A stretch of 64,000 nucleotides of DNA from an uncultured Candidatus Saccharibacteria bacterium (GTDB lineage: Bacteria > Patescibacteriota > CAZHWT01). Each line of letters begins with the position of its first letter. The stretch's first letter is position 1. Both the position numbers and the translations under genes were made by a program. Location: NCBI GenBank assembly GCA_964554805.1, contig CAZKPX010000005.1, forward strand, positions 15,935-79,934. The letters are read 5' to 3'. Of this stretch, positions 27,069 through 37,257 are shown piece by piece. The notes under the pieces were generated by a model. It saw only the letters and a program-made list of their open reading frames with translations, searched no databases and was not told the origin of the DNA.

Positions 27069-28217
27069 ATGAATATAGCTCTAGGCTCTACTTCAAATTA
27101 TAAATATGAAATCTTAAAACACAAGCTATATGGGAACTTAGCTACTAGTGAAATAACCCGTGTTTTTATTGCAGATAAATCTGTAGATCTTGTGTTTAAT
27201 AAGGATACCTCTGAGCTGGCTACGAAACATGTAAAGCAGGTGCTAGACGCTCAGCCAGATACTGATCTGGCTGTAGTGCTGGAAGCGGGGCTAGAGCTAG
27301 TTGGTAAGATGTATATGCTTGTATGCGTAGCTGCCTTCTGGGACGGCAAGACGCTTTCAATAGGTAAAAGTAAAGGTATACCTTTACCATTTGTGGTGTC
27401 TGAGAGCGTTAAACAGGGTAGCAAATATGAACAAGAAATCACTAAATTCCAGAAAATAGCACTTGCCGATGAAAAAGATAGAATAAAAGAGCTTATTACT
27501 ATGGAGAGCTCATACAATACAGCTATAGAAAACGCATTGCCCGTCTTAAAGAGCTTGTATGGTAATTCGCTGATTGCAAAAGCACTAGTCTCATCGTCTC
27601 CGTATTGGATTAGTAAGGTATCTCTGAAACTAACTTCATTGCTGGCCTTTGTTTATATTACCTATGGTTCTTTTGTGACGCTTGGTTCAGGAGTGCGCTC
27701 AGATTTTGCATTTCAGTTAAAAAATTTGCAAATACTACTTCCCGCTATATTGCTCTTATGGCTAATTGGAGTTATATCGTCATTTAAAATACCAAGCCTG
27801 CAAGCCAACTCGGTAATCTGGAAAAGTTTTCAAATAGTTTTAACAGCCGCAATTCTTCAGCTTGTATTTGGAATTCTGTTTCTTTGGTTTTATTGGCAGT
27901 ATGATACTAATTCAGTGATCGACCATTTGTTGAAACTTTGGCTGGACAACTGGCTTATCATGGGGATAGTGGCTGTTTTGATTTGTGTCGCAGCAGTAGG
28001 ATACTTCTGCTTCAAGCTATGGAAGAATAGGGTTATCTCGCTAATTACTGCGATGAGTCTTATAGTTGGATGGGCTTTACTCCTGCTTAATATCTGGACT
28101 CTTATGTACGCTAGACTTCCCGTGCTTCTCATTACCCCCTTTGCTATATTTGGTCTTTCATTATGCTTCGGCACATGGAGTTTTTCAAAAGCTGTTGAAT
28201 CTAAATTTGTTAAATAG
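27069..28217 (+). CDS. membrane protein (N-terminal ~190-aa soluble domain, then 6-7 TM helices)
   Basis: 382-aa ORF with a hydrophobic C-terminal half. Confidence 0.45.
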   Translation: MNIALGSTSNYKYEILKHKLYGNLATSEITRVFIADKSVDLVFNKDTSELATKHVKQVLDAQPDTDLAVVLEAGLELVGKMYMLVCVAAFWDGKTLSIGKSKGIPLPFVVSESVKQGSKYEQEITKFQKIALADEKDRIKELITMESSYNTAIENALPVLKSLYGNSLIAKALVSSSPYWISKVSLKLTSLLAFVYITYGSFVTLGSGVRSDFAFQLKNLQILLPAILLLWLIGVISSFKIPSLQANSVIWKSFQIVLTAAILQLVFGILFLWFYWQYDTNSVIDHLLKLWLDNWLIMGIVAVLICVAAVGYFCFKLWKNRVISLITAMSLIVGWALLLLNIWTLMYARLPVLLITPFAIFGLSLCFGTWSFSKAVESKFVK

Positions 28218-28259
28218 ATTGTTTTGTATATTTGATTTGACTTAAAGTAAAAAGCAAAA

Positions 28260-28292
28260 GCACCCCCAACGCCATCTTTGTGATGGGGGTGC
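28260..28292. terminator. bidirectional terminator hairpin GCACCCCCA-(14 nt)-TGGGGGTGC flanked by A- and T-rich runs
   Basis: It lies between convergent genes ending at 28217 (+) and 28312 (-). Confidence 0.4.
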
Positions 28293-28311
28293 AATGATTT
28301 GGTGCGTTGGA

Positions 28312-28644
28312 TCAGCAGTAGGCGAACCACGTATCCTGGAAGTGCACAGTGGGTATGTTGTACGTCTTCGTTGTCGTCGATGGTGGCGAGTTGGGCAACT
28401 TCGTGTAGGTGATGTTCAATTGCCCTTCCCACCAAAGGTGGCTTGGATTGACATAGACGCCACCAACACTCGGGCCGCTCCATGTCGTCCACACGCCATT
28501 CTGGTTGTACCCAGCGTAGTAGACAGTTCCAGTGATGTAATGACACTCGAACCGGACATGTTGTCCGTTAACTCCAGCTTCAACGGGCGAAGCGGGAGTT
28601 GCGAATGAAAACGACGCCATCATGAGAATGGCGACGAGTAACAT
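28312..28644 (-). CDS. small secreted protein, candidate bacteriocin or toxin
   Basis: Signal peptide MLLVAILMMASFSFATPASPVEA. The mature part is about 88 aa, rich in Trp/Tyr/Gly/Thr, with Cys near the N terminus and at the C terminus. It is divergent from the MacB/FtsX-type ABC transporter. An alternative upstream start is at 28722. Confidence 0.4.
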   Translation of the reverse strand: MLLVAILMMASFSFATPASPVEAGVNGQHVRFECHYITGTVYYAGYNQNGVWTTWSGPSVGGVYVNPSHLWWEGQLNITYTKLPNSPPSTTTKTYNIPTVHFQDTWFAYC

Positions 28645-28804
28645 CGGGAGCTTTTTCAACTGACTCTCTCTTTCTGTTCCAGATGGCTGAAGAATAATAG
28701 CATAGCTAACTGAAAGAAGCAAGCGATTTTCTAGTCTTTTAATTTAGAGTAATTCAAAGTCTTAGGTGTTTGCCAAACAAAAATTGAAAGGATAAAATGG
28801 TTGT

Positions 28805-29524
28805 ATGCAAGAGAAACCAGTTGTTGAAGTAGTTAGTCTAACCAAAACCTATGGTAGCTCTATGAAGCAAATGATAGCATTGGACTCGGCAACGTTTAAA
28901 ATCTACTCAGAAACAAGAGTTGCAGTAATGGGTTTAAGTGGTTCCGGTAAGAGTACTATGCTGCAGCTTGTTGGTGGACTAGACAAGCCAACTAAGGGGT
29001 CAGTGTCCGTAAATGGGAGTAAAATAGAACTGTTAAATGATGCCCAGCTCTCCATGTATCGCAATCAGTCAGTCGGATTTATTTTTCAATCATATAATTT
29101 GCAGTCGCATTTAAATGCGCAAGAGAACGCAGCCTTGCCCTTAATTTTATCGGGGATTAAACCTAATAAGGCAAATGAGCATGCGTTGATATATTTAGAA
29201 AAGTTAAATGTAGCTCAGTGTGCAAAAAAATTTCCTTCCCAAATGTCTGGTGGAGAAATGCAAAGAGTGGCAATTGCTCGAGCACTGGTAAAAGAGCCTT
29301 CAATTATACTTGCGGATGAGCCGACAGCTAACTTGGACAAGGAAAATGCAGAAAATGTGCTTACAATATTGCTTAATATGCAGTTGCACAAACAGGCAAT
29401 TATTATTGTGACTCATGATGAAAGAATTGCAAGTCGTTTTGATAGGCTTATTGAGCTGGATCATGGTAAAGTTGTTAAAGATGTTGAGCTAAAGAATCAT
29501 CAAGTACGAAATGTAACAGGTTAA
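28805..29524 (+). CDS. ABC transporter ATP-binding protein (MacB/LolD-type)
   Basis: Walker A GLSGSGKST, signature LSGGEMQRVAIARAL, Walker B ILADEPTANLD. Confidence 0.8.
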   Translation: MQEKPVVEVVSLTKTYGSSMKQMIALDSATFKIYSETRVAVMGLSGSGKSTMLQLVGGLDKPTKGSVSVNGSKIELLNDAQLSMYRNQSVGFIFQSYNLQSHLNAQENAALPLILSGIKPNKANEHALIYLEKLNVAQCAKKFPSQMSGGEMQRVAIARALVKEPSIILADEPTANLDKENAENVLTILLNMQLHKQAIIIVTHDERIASRFDRLIELDHGKVVKDVELKNHQVRNVTG

Positions 29525-29528
29525 AAGT

Positions 29529-31357
29529 ATGTCAATGCCCCTGGGATATGCAGTTAAAACAAGCTTAAGAAAATATGATCGAAACAGATGGCGCACATTT
29601 TTTGGTATTGCACCATTCATGATATTAGTTATTATTCTTGTTATTTTTACAAATTTAGCATCAAGTTTTGAGAGGTATATACAAGATAAAATCGTCAGCC
29701 GCGTAGAGCTAAAAGAAGAACAAATAAGGCTTACTAAAAATGGCGGCGAACTCATAACGGATCCGCTTTCAAATAGGCCAGATCCTCAAGCATATACAGT
29801 TCAGGATCTAGGCAAGGTGAGGGAAAATGAACATGTAGTAAATGCGGAGATACAGCAGTCACTGCCACCATTACGAGTGGTGACTACAGAATTAGTTAGT
29901 GCCAAAGAATTGCACATACAAAATATTAAACTCGCATCGAAGGGTAGTACTAAGTTATATGCTCAGGAAGCATTTGAGTATGTTACTGGACAGCCTATAC
30001 CAATTATACTCAGCAAGAATGTATTTAATTATGCATACATAGACATGGGCGGCGCTACCAACATCACGCTCTCGCAAGAACAATTTAATAATGAGAAAAT
30101 AAGACGAGAACAATATCCACTAAAGAACGTATTTCTGAAGGATGATTACGATAAAGGCAAGCTAATCGGAAAAACATTCTCGGTTAAAATTGGTGGATTC
30201 TCAAATATTGCCCAGTTAACTATATCAACTAATGATGATTCAAATACGAGTTCTTTTAAGCTTCGTACAAAAAAAATATTGACGAAGAGATGCAGGCAAG
30301 AGTTTCTGCTATTGCACCATACTGGGACTATACTTTTTTGGATAAAGGAATAGAAGCAAAGTTTATAATTGTTGGATTTAATGACGATTTGGATAATTCT
30401 GCCAATTTTATTCCAGTTAATGCTGGAACTGAGATCTTCGAGCGTATTTATAATCGACAGTTAGATGCTAGAACCTCCAAGGTGCTTCCTGAAGCAAGTT
30501 ATGGACGGATGTTTGGAGGTATGCGAGTAGCCTCAGACAGAACCCTGGTTGCGTATGGCGCTGAGAATAGCCATAACGAAGTCGTTCCTCCAGTTAATGA
30601 ATTCATAACTTCTCAGGTCGCAAATAATTTCTTGCTCGATAGCGCTGGAATATATATTCCAGGTTGGGTATATTCATCAAGCGAAATAGAAGATATTAAA
30701 ATTCCAAGTGAGGTATCTGACCTTAAAATAAGCCCAGAGTCATTTGCAATATCGGATATTATAGCTATTCTAGATGACTCATCTAATAGGCTAATCGCTA
30801 TTAATAATTTAATAGATTCTGGATTTCCTGAAATCCAGAATTCGAGTAGCATAGTTGATCAAGCTAGAATCGCCAAGGAGGGGCTGGTTAAGTTCACCAA
30901 TGTCATTGCTATTATTTTAACTTCTATCTCCGTAATGTTCCTTATTTCACTGGTATGGCGATATGTGTCAGACTCCCATAGGGAAATTGGTATTTATCGC
31001 GCTCTAGGAGCTCGAAAAACAGATATTGGTTTTCTTTATATTATTTATACATCAAGCCAAGTAATTATCGGCACTCTCTTGGGCTTGTTGGTTGGCTTAG
31101 CATTTATTCGACCGCTGGCTAATCATCTCGTAAATATTATTTATGATTCAAATATTATTCCTAGTTTAAGCCCGGAGGGGGCTTACTTGAATGGCTTACA
31201 ACTTACACTAGTAAATTCTGATTTATACTTTATTGATTACTCTAAAATAGCATTGTACGTCGCTATCTTAATCATGTCAGGTCTTTTGGCTTCGCTTATT
31301 CCAGCATGGCGTGCTGCAAATATTAGCCCAGTCGAAGCAATTCGTAACTCAGAGTAG
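29529..31357 (+). CDS. FtsX/MacB-type ABC permease, apparently frameshifted (two overlapping ORFs 29529-30353 and 30290-31357)
   Basis: N-terminal TM1 plus an extracytoplasmic domain in the first ORF. The second ORF continues the extracytoplasmic domain and ends with 3 TM helices showing an FtsX-type pattern. The reading frame changes within 30290-30353. Confidence 0.5.
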
Positions 31358-31461
31358 AAAACATTAGCGTCTTCTGCGATCAGAAGTCTATAAGACTAAC
31401 TGTTTGATAAGGTTTCTCTATTGTACTGAAGCTTACGCCTAGTATCATTCAACCAGACTAA

Positions 31462-31533
31462 ATGGGGTTCGAACAAATTTGAGTAAGTGTCACCAAAAAG
31501 ACCTCGTAACTTTTGTTACGGGGTCTTTTTGTT
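31462..31533 (+). terminator. tRNA-Glu 3-prime-end remnant (GGGGTTCGAA...GTGTCACCA) plus intrinsic terminator (AAAAAGACCTCGTAAC-tttt-GTTACGGGGTCTTTTT)
   Basis: Near-perfect stem (one U.G pair) with flanking A and T tracts. It resembles the terminator of a displaced tRNA. Confidence 0.5.
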
Positions 31534-31556
31534 GCCGCTTCCGGGGGATTCTCACC

Positions 31557-31594
31557 TCCGCCAGCTGGCGAAGTAGCTACCCCTAGGCGTCACC
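31557..31594 (+). repeat. truncated copy of the att-like repeat (TCCGCCAGCTGGCG...ACCCCTAGGCGTCACC); candidate right boundary of island 2
   Basis: 16 of 17 positions match the 3-prime end of tRNA-Glu at 2276-2292. It has the palindromic core shared with units at 2150 and 26773. Confidence 0.45.
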
Positions 31595-31683
31595 GAGGAT
31601 GCAAACTAAGTTGCTGCAAGTAGCGAATTGCACCCTCATCTCAAATGCTTGACATGCCCATCTCAGAAGTTTAACTTTTAGGT

Positions 31684-32580
31684 ATGCCTGAATTTTATAA
31701 TCCTTATAGTCAAGATGAGGCTGTTGGCGCGGATGAGCAAAAGGAAGCGATCCCAGAGTACCATTTTGAAGCAATAGCAGAGCTGCTTCCCTATGCCGAG
31801 GATCTGGTCGGCCAACTGAAACAAAATATAGAGCAGAAGAAGTACAATGTGCTGATTAGCGATGATGGGGGTGGCAGAATTCCAACACTTCTGATAAAGA
31901 AAATAATCAATAAGGTAAGCCCTGACCAACCACTACACACCTATTTTGTTCAAGGAGGGCAGGCAATTAAGGAGCCTGAGAATCTAGGTCCCTTTTATAA
32001 GAGACTGTCTGATATAAATAATCGAGAGGAAGACCCGTCAGTGCTGTTGGTAACCCAGTACATACATTCGGGTGAATCAATCGTAAAATTTGCCAAAGCT
32101 ATTCAAGAGGTTGGTATGGATAAACTCGATGTGGCAGCTTTGGAGGGCATACCTACAAATACCGAGTATGCTGGTAGCATTATGCCGGAAGGTGCACGTC
32201 TGTTTGCATCAATAGCAAAAGGAATTCCCCTGGATCTGGAAGAGGATCATGAATCGTTCTCGGGAGTCAAAAAGCCGCAACCGTATAGACCTTATCCTGA
32301 AACTTTGATTAAATCTATTGAAAAGACTGGCCGGGAGCTAGATCTCGAAGAGTTGAATGAAATTTATGGAATTATGCCTTGGGATCAAGGGCCGACTATG
32401 TTTAAGAAAATGACAGAAAATGATGAGGCTAAGGCCGAAATTGAGAGGCGAAAACGAGCACCGCTGACTAGTGAGGAAAAAGATCAGATCAAGGAAAACA
32501 TCCGACTCGCTCGCAAAGATATTGACACCTTAGCCAATCAGGTTATAAGCAAAGTGTGGACAGCTGAAGGAGAAGTATAG
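31684..32580 (+). CDS. hypothetical protein with a phosphoribosyltransferase-like segment
   Basis: VLLVTQYIHSGESI resembles the PRPP-binding loop of PRTases. The match is weak. Confidence 0.3.
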   Translation: MPEFYNPYSQDEAVGADEQKEAIPEYHFEAIAELLPYAEDLVGQLKQNIEQKKYNVLISDDGGGRIPTLLIKKIINKVSPDQPLHTYFVQGGQAIKEPENLGPFYKRLSDINNREEDPSVLLVTQYIHSGESIVKFAKAIQEVGMDKLDVAALEGIPTNTEYAGSIMPEGARLFASIAKGIPLDLEEDHESFSGVKKPQPYRPYPETLIKSIEKTGRELDLEELNEIYGIMPWDQGPTMFKKMTENDEAKAEIERRKRAPLTSEEKDQIKENIRLARKDIDTLANQVISKVWTAEGEV

Positions 32581-32630
32581 ATTACAAGTAGCGGTAAATT
32601 GGCAAACAACAGTATTTTTGCAATAATCCC

Positions 32631-33113
32631 ATGTCACTTCATCCACCCAAACAAATCTCCAGCATAGAAGGCCTCGGTCTTAACACCACCAAAACCTTAG
32701 AACAAATCTCCGACTCTATTTCAATCGGCACTGAAGTATGGAATAAGCTAGAAGAGCCATGGAGGCAAGGTCGGACTGTTATTGCCAAACAAGGCTATGT
32801 ATGGAGGACCAAGTGGGAAGCTGGCAAGCCGTATATAATCACCAAATTTTATGATGAAAACAACGGATTAATCGCAGTGTATTGTGACGTTTCTCGACCT
32901 GTCCAATCGGTAGAAGGCGGTTACACCTTTGTAGACTTATATTTGGATGTCTGGATGCTGCCTGGTCAACCTCCTATACTATTAGATGAAGATGAACTAG
33001 ACGATGCCGTCAAAGCAGGGTATATAACGCAAGATGAGTCGATCAATGCTGGGCAAGTCGCCAAAGAGTTAATGAAGAATATCAAAATCAACCAGCAGTT
33101 TTTAGATTTTTAA
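32631..33113 (+). CDS. DUF402-like (FomD/YgaC-type nucleotide phosphatase-like) protein
   Basis: Pattern YCDVSRP...DLYLDVW...LLDEDELDDA. Confidence 0.35.
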   Translation: MSLHPPKQISSIEGLGLNTTKTLEQISDSISIGTEVWNKLEEPWRQGRTVIAKQGYVWRTKWEAGKPYIITKFYDENNGLIAVYCDVSRPVQSVEGGYTFVDLYLDVWMLPGQPPILLDEDELDDAVKAGYITQDESINAGQVAKELMKNIKINQQFLDF

Positions 33114-33167
33114 ATCATCCCTTCAAATTAGCTCAAGCCTCATCCATCTCAGTGATATACTAGCCGT

Positions 33168-33821
33168 ATGACCATCGATAGAGTAAAAACATTACTGGCC
33201 TACTACCAACAAGGCCTTATCCCAACCCTGTCAGAACACGAAGTCCATCCAGATGTGCCTTTGGGTAGCCGAGAAAATTATCTTTATTTCACCTTGCCGG
33301 TCTGCATAAACTTCCAGCGAAATTCGCCTGCTATGTGGCGAGCAGCCTTGGCTACGTATCAAGATCCTGCAACAAATTATTTATTCTTTCCAGAGCAGCT
33401 AGCAGTAACAGATATAGAGAAGATCAGAGTCGACTTACTCAAGCACAAATTATCTCTGCAGCCAAACAAACACACCCTCATTTGGACCACCATAGCCAGC
33501 ACCCTTCACAGTCATTTTGCTGATGATCCAAGGCAAATTATTGCACTCGCCAATAATAACGTATTCGAATTACTGCAAATATTACAGGTCAGCCACAAAA
33601 AGTTATTTCCATTTCTATCCGGACCCAAACTAGCCAATTATTGGCCGTACATTCTGTCTCAATTCACCGATGTACAGTTCAATGACATGCACAATATCTC
33701 CATCATTCCCGATACCCACATTATTCAAAGCAGCATCAAACTAGAACTGGTCCCTCCCGCAGCCACCTCCCTAGAAGTAGAAATAGCCTGGCGACAACTT
33801 ACTGCACGGCACAGACATTAA
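33168..33821 (+). CDS. hypothetical protein
   Basis: 217-aa ORF with no motif recognised. Confidence 0.35.
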   Translation: MTIDRVKTLLAYYQQGLIPTLSEHEVHPDVPLGSRENYLYFTLPVCINFQRNSPAMWRAALATYQDPATNYLFFPEQLAVTDIEKIRVDLLKHKLSLQPNKHTLIWTTIASTLHSHFADDPRQIIALANNNVFELLQILQVSHKKLFPFLSGPKLANYWPYILSQFTDVQFNDMHNISIIPDTHIIQSSIKLELVPPAATSLEVEIAWRQLTARHRH

Positions 33822-34053
33822 CCCTGTCCAAGTCCACCCAGTCCTCTGGAACTGGAGCCGAAATAACTTCCTTCCTGAAGTATAAATATCTAAATCTGCG
33901 TCATGGGCAGTGCATCGCTATATTTAAATTTGCTGCTGCAAATTAATTGGAAATTTCAATAGTGTTGTGCCGGTCATTGGCATGTATATGGCCCAGCGAG
34001 ATTTCACTGGGCCATATGGCGTGACGAGACTTTGATTCATGTGTGGAGTGACG

Positions 34054-34488
34054 TTACCACCACGCTCTCAAATCTTCCATAGCCTCTTTCATTGCCTTAA
34101 CTACTGACAGGTCGAACGGTTCGGATGGCTGTCGGCTCTCCACGTACAAGATTCCGTCTTCCATCGCATCCGCGGCTTCGTGCTCGCGATCATGTCCCAA
34201 ATAGACTCGCGCCAACATAATTCTCGAGCCGACCCAAATACTGCAGGCCAATGGCATGTTACCGTCGCTCTCTGCATTAAAGGCCAGCGCTTCAGCCGTG
34301 TCATTATACCCCTCCAAGACCTCATCAAAGGTCACTGCTCTAGTGCTCCGACCTGGTAGCAACTGGGGAGTAATCATGCAAGCCGAGAGATCAGCTCTCG
34401 CAGTTGTCATGTACTCGATTTCGTCATAGCCAGCCTTTTCTGCAAGAGAACTCAAGGCTTTCATAAAGAAATCATCGTCACTGCGCAT
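34054..34488 (-). CDS. hypothetical protein
   Basis: 144-aa acidic ORF. It is followed on the minus strand by a ~200-nt gap before the GH13 gene. Confidence 0.3.
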   Translation of the reverse strand: MRSDDDFFMKALSSLAEKAGYDEIEYMTTARADLSACMITPQLLPGRSTRAVTFDEVLEGYNDTAEALAFNAESDGNMPLACSIWVGSRIMLARVYLGHDREHEAADAMEDGILYVESRQPSEPFDLSVVKAMKEAMEDLRAWW

Positions 34489-34695
34489 GATTGTTTCTCC
34501 TTTGTAGAGACTTTCACCTATCTCCAGTCGAAAAGGTTCAGCCGACTATACCAGCAGTAGGATAAAATGTAAAGTAAAACCGCTTCATTAACAACCCACC
34601 TCACTGTTCGCGGAGCTAAACTCTTGTATATATACTATTGCCACATTATATGCTAATAATGTTGAGCAGAGTATTGCGGATAGGTTGGGTACGTT

Positions 34696-36300
34696 ATGAA
34701 ATTTAATCTATTAGCGCCACGCGCGCCGTGGGTCAAACTGGAAGGCTCATGGTTGGATGAGCCTCTTGATATGAAACAGACCGGTGAAGGTTGGTGGAGA
34801 ATCGATGTGCCGGTACCCGATGGCACTCACACCTATGCCTTTCAACTCTTGTCGCAATCACCATTCTCTTTCAACAAACATATAACAGTCGCCGATCCAC
34901 TCGCTAGTCTAATTTGCGACGCCCAAAGCACCATCATTGTCAAAGATAATCAGGATGCGACCTTGGCCTATGACTGGCAAAAGCCAGTTCAGGGCCTGCC
35001 TCAAAATGATGAGCTAAGTATCTATGAGTTGCATGTAGCCGAATTCGGATCGGATGGGTCAAAGCTAGGGACCTTCAAGGATGTCGAACAACGTCTAGAC
35101 TATTTACAATCACTCGGCATAAACACCATTGAGTTGATGCCAGTCATGTGGTTCCCCGAAGAGCATGGCTGGGGATATAATGTTCGATTCCCTTGCGCCA
35201 TTCATCAAGCCTATGGTTCTCCTCAGGACCTGCAGCATCTTATTGAGGCCTGTCATTCGCGCGGCATGCGAGTCATTTTGGATATTGTCTTCAATCATGC
35301 CGAGCAATATTCGCCCCTGACCCAGATTGATTATGATTATTGGTTCAGACCTGATCGAGAAGGGGAGGAGTCCTTTGGCCCCAAGTTTGACTATGAGACT
35401 CTCGATCCATATATCAATGACGTTGCAGCCACCAGATTCAATCTGTTAGTAGCTGCCCACTGGATCCAGCACTACCAGATTGACGGCTTCCGAATTGACG
35501 CTGCAGCTATTCTCAATAACTACAGTTTTATTTATGCTCTCCATCAATACAGCCACCAGCGCAATCTTCACAAGCCATTTATAGTTATCGCCGAACAGCT
35601 TCCCGAAGATCCAACCATAGTAGGCCAAGAGGGTCCAGCCGATTCAGCCTGGCACCAAGGCTTCGAGTTTGAGGTCGAGAGAGCTTTGATACATGGCGAC
35701 AATACTAAGACATTAGCCCAAGTCTTGGATCCTGCTACGGCCGGTTATATGTTCTCGAATCAAATCGTAAATTATGTTGAATCACACGATGAACATGCCA
35801 TCATTGAGCGAATGGCCGAGGCTGGCATCACAGGTGAGGCGGCTCAACGAAAAGCCGCCATGATTGCCGTTCTCCTGTACACCGCTGTCGGCAACCCCAT
35901 GATCTACCAGGGCCAAGAGTTCGGCGGCTTCCGACCACGAGACAAAGTTGTCAAGCCGCTCCAATGGGGATTGCTCGATAGTCAATCAGGCCAAGCGCTG
36001 CACCAGCTCTACCAAAACTGCATCAAGCTGCGAAACCAGCACCCAGCTTTGCGAAGCGATTCCCTTCGCATCCTGTCAACCGAAGATGGCATACTAATAT
36101 ACCAGCGCCAGCAAGCCGGTCAACAAATTGTCGTTGCAGTCAATTTGCATGAACAAGAAAAGACAGCAAGCCTTCCCATAGAAGACGGCCATTGGACTGA
36201 CCTGTTATCAAAAGACGTCCATCATGTTATAGGCGATGAGGGTTTAAAAATTGAAATGGGACCATCGGGCTTTAAAATAATACAGCAGACCATGGTCTAG
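34696..36300 (+). CDS. GH13-family alpha-glucan hydrolase (TreZ/isoamylase-like, N-terminal E-set/CBM48-type domain)
   Basis: Catalytic-region motifs DIVFNHA, GFRIDAA and VESHD, plus an N-terminal beta-sandwich region. Confidence 0.6.
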   Translation: MKFNLLAPRAPWVKLEGSWLDEPLDMKQTGEGWWRIDVPVPDGTHTYAFQLLSQSPFSFNKHITVADPLASLICDAQSTIIVKDNQDATLAYDWQKPVQGLPQNDELSIYELHVAEFGSDGSKLGTFKDVEQRLDYLQSLGINTIELMPVMWFPEEHGWGYNVRFPCAIHQAYGSPQDLQHLIEACHSRGMRVILDIVFNHAEQYSPLTQIDYDYWFRPDREGEESFGPKFDYETLDPYINDVAATRFNLLVAAHWIQHYQIDGFRIDAAAILNNYSFIYALHQYSHQRNLHKPFIVIAEQLPEDPTIVGQEGPADSAWHQGFEFEVERALIHGDNTKTLAQVLDPATAGYMFSNQIVNYVESHDEHAIIERMAEAGITGEAAQRKAAMIAVLLYTAVGNPMIYQGQEFGGFRPRDKVVKPLQWGLLDSQSGQALHQLYQNCIKLRNQHPALRSDSLRILSTEDGILIYQRQQAGQQIVVAVNLHEQEKTASLPIEDGHWTDLLSKDVHHVIGDEGLKIEMGPSGFKIIQQTMV

Positions 36301-36357
36301 ATTTAGACCACCAGGCTAGTAACTGAGAAGTAAGATATAGTTGCAATCAATATTGAA

Positions 36358-37170
36358 TTATAGATATCGGCTACGATAGTTGATATCTATAAGCGCTTTG
36401 ACTAAGTCATCGTGAATTGCTCCGTTAGACACAATAGCACCTTTGATATTGGTATCATATCGCTGCTCGGCACCAAACAAGTCTGTCACTCTGCCGCCAG
36501 CTTCAGGAACAATGACAGCCAAAGCTGCGATATCCTCGGGCTTTCCTTGACCAAATAGCAGCGCCTCATAAGCCCCATTTGCCACCAGGCCACCCACAAT
36601 CACCGCCGAACATAAAGTAGTAAGCTTGGCTCCCGCCTTATTGAGTTTGTCTTTCGGACTATCAAAGGCAATTTGCTCTTCTTCATTAATCCAAAGCTCT
36701 TCATCAATAAATGCTCCGCTTAAAGAATTTACAGTGGAGACCGATATGCCTTGATCATTCATAAAGGCCCCCTCACCCTTAACCGCCGAAAAGAGTCTGT
36801 CTTGAAATGGGTCATAAATCACCCCAACAACACTTTGCCCTTGCTCATCCACTAATGCTAATGAAAAAGTAGAAATAGGTATTCCTTTGGCAAAAGGTGC
36901 GGTGCCATCAATAGGGTCGCAGACCCAAGTATAAGGGGAATTGGCAATAATTGAGCTGCGTTCTTCTCCCCATACACTATAAGTAGGCGTCAACCTGTGA
37001 AGCTCATCCACAATATGATCATTAATCCGTGTATCTGCTTCTGTGACGATCGTCTGGTCGCTTTTTATTGAAGAGTTCAGTTTCTCAGACCTGAAATACT
37101 CCAGCATAATAGATCCGGCATCTTTGGCTAATCGCTTGGCAATCTCAAGCTCATGTTGGTAATTATTCAT
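36358..37170 (-). CDS. inositol monophosphatase family protein (SuhB/CysQ-like)
   Basis: WVCDPIDGT and EER.S motifs; 270 aa. Confidence 0.7.
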   Translation of the reverse strand: MNNYQHELEIAKRLAKDAGSIMLEYFRSEKLNSSIKSDQTIVTEADTRINDHIVDELHRLTPTYSVWGEERSSIIANSPYTWVCDPIDGTAPFAKGIPISTFSLALVDEQGQSVVGVIYDPFQDRLFSAVKGEGAFMNDQGISVSTVNSLSGAFIDEELWINEEEQIAFDSPKDKLNKAGAKLTTLCSAVIVGGLVANGAYEALLFGQGKPEDIAALAVIVPEAGGRVTDLFGAEQRYDTNIKGAIVSNGAIHDDLVKALIDINYRSRYL

Positions 37171-37257
37171 AAAAGCATTGTATCAGAGGGAGTCCTGGCT
37201 CGCTAACCCCTTCCCATCCCTTTTGGCTCAAAATACCGTCCTCAGATAAATTATTAA

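Noticed and set aside
27890-28546. 218-aa minus-strand ORF
   Set aside because: It overlaps the 3-prime part of the plus-strand membrane protein gene and the terminator hairpin, and its composition is incoherent (many Trp/Arg/His). Likely spurious.
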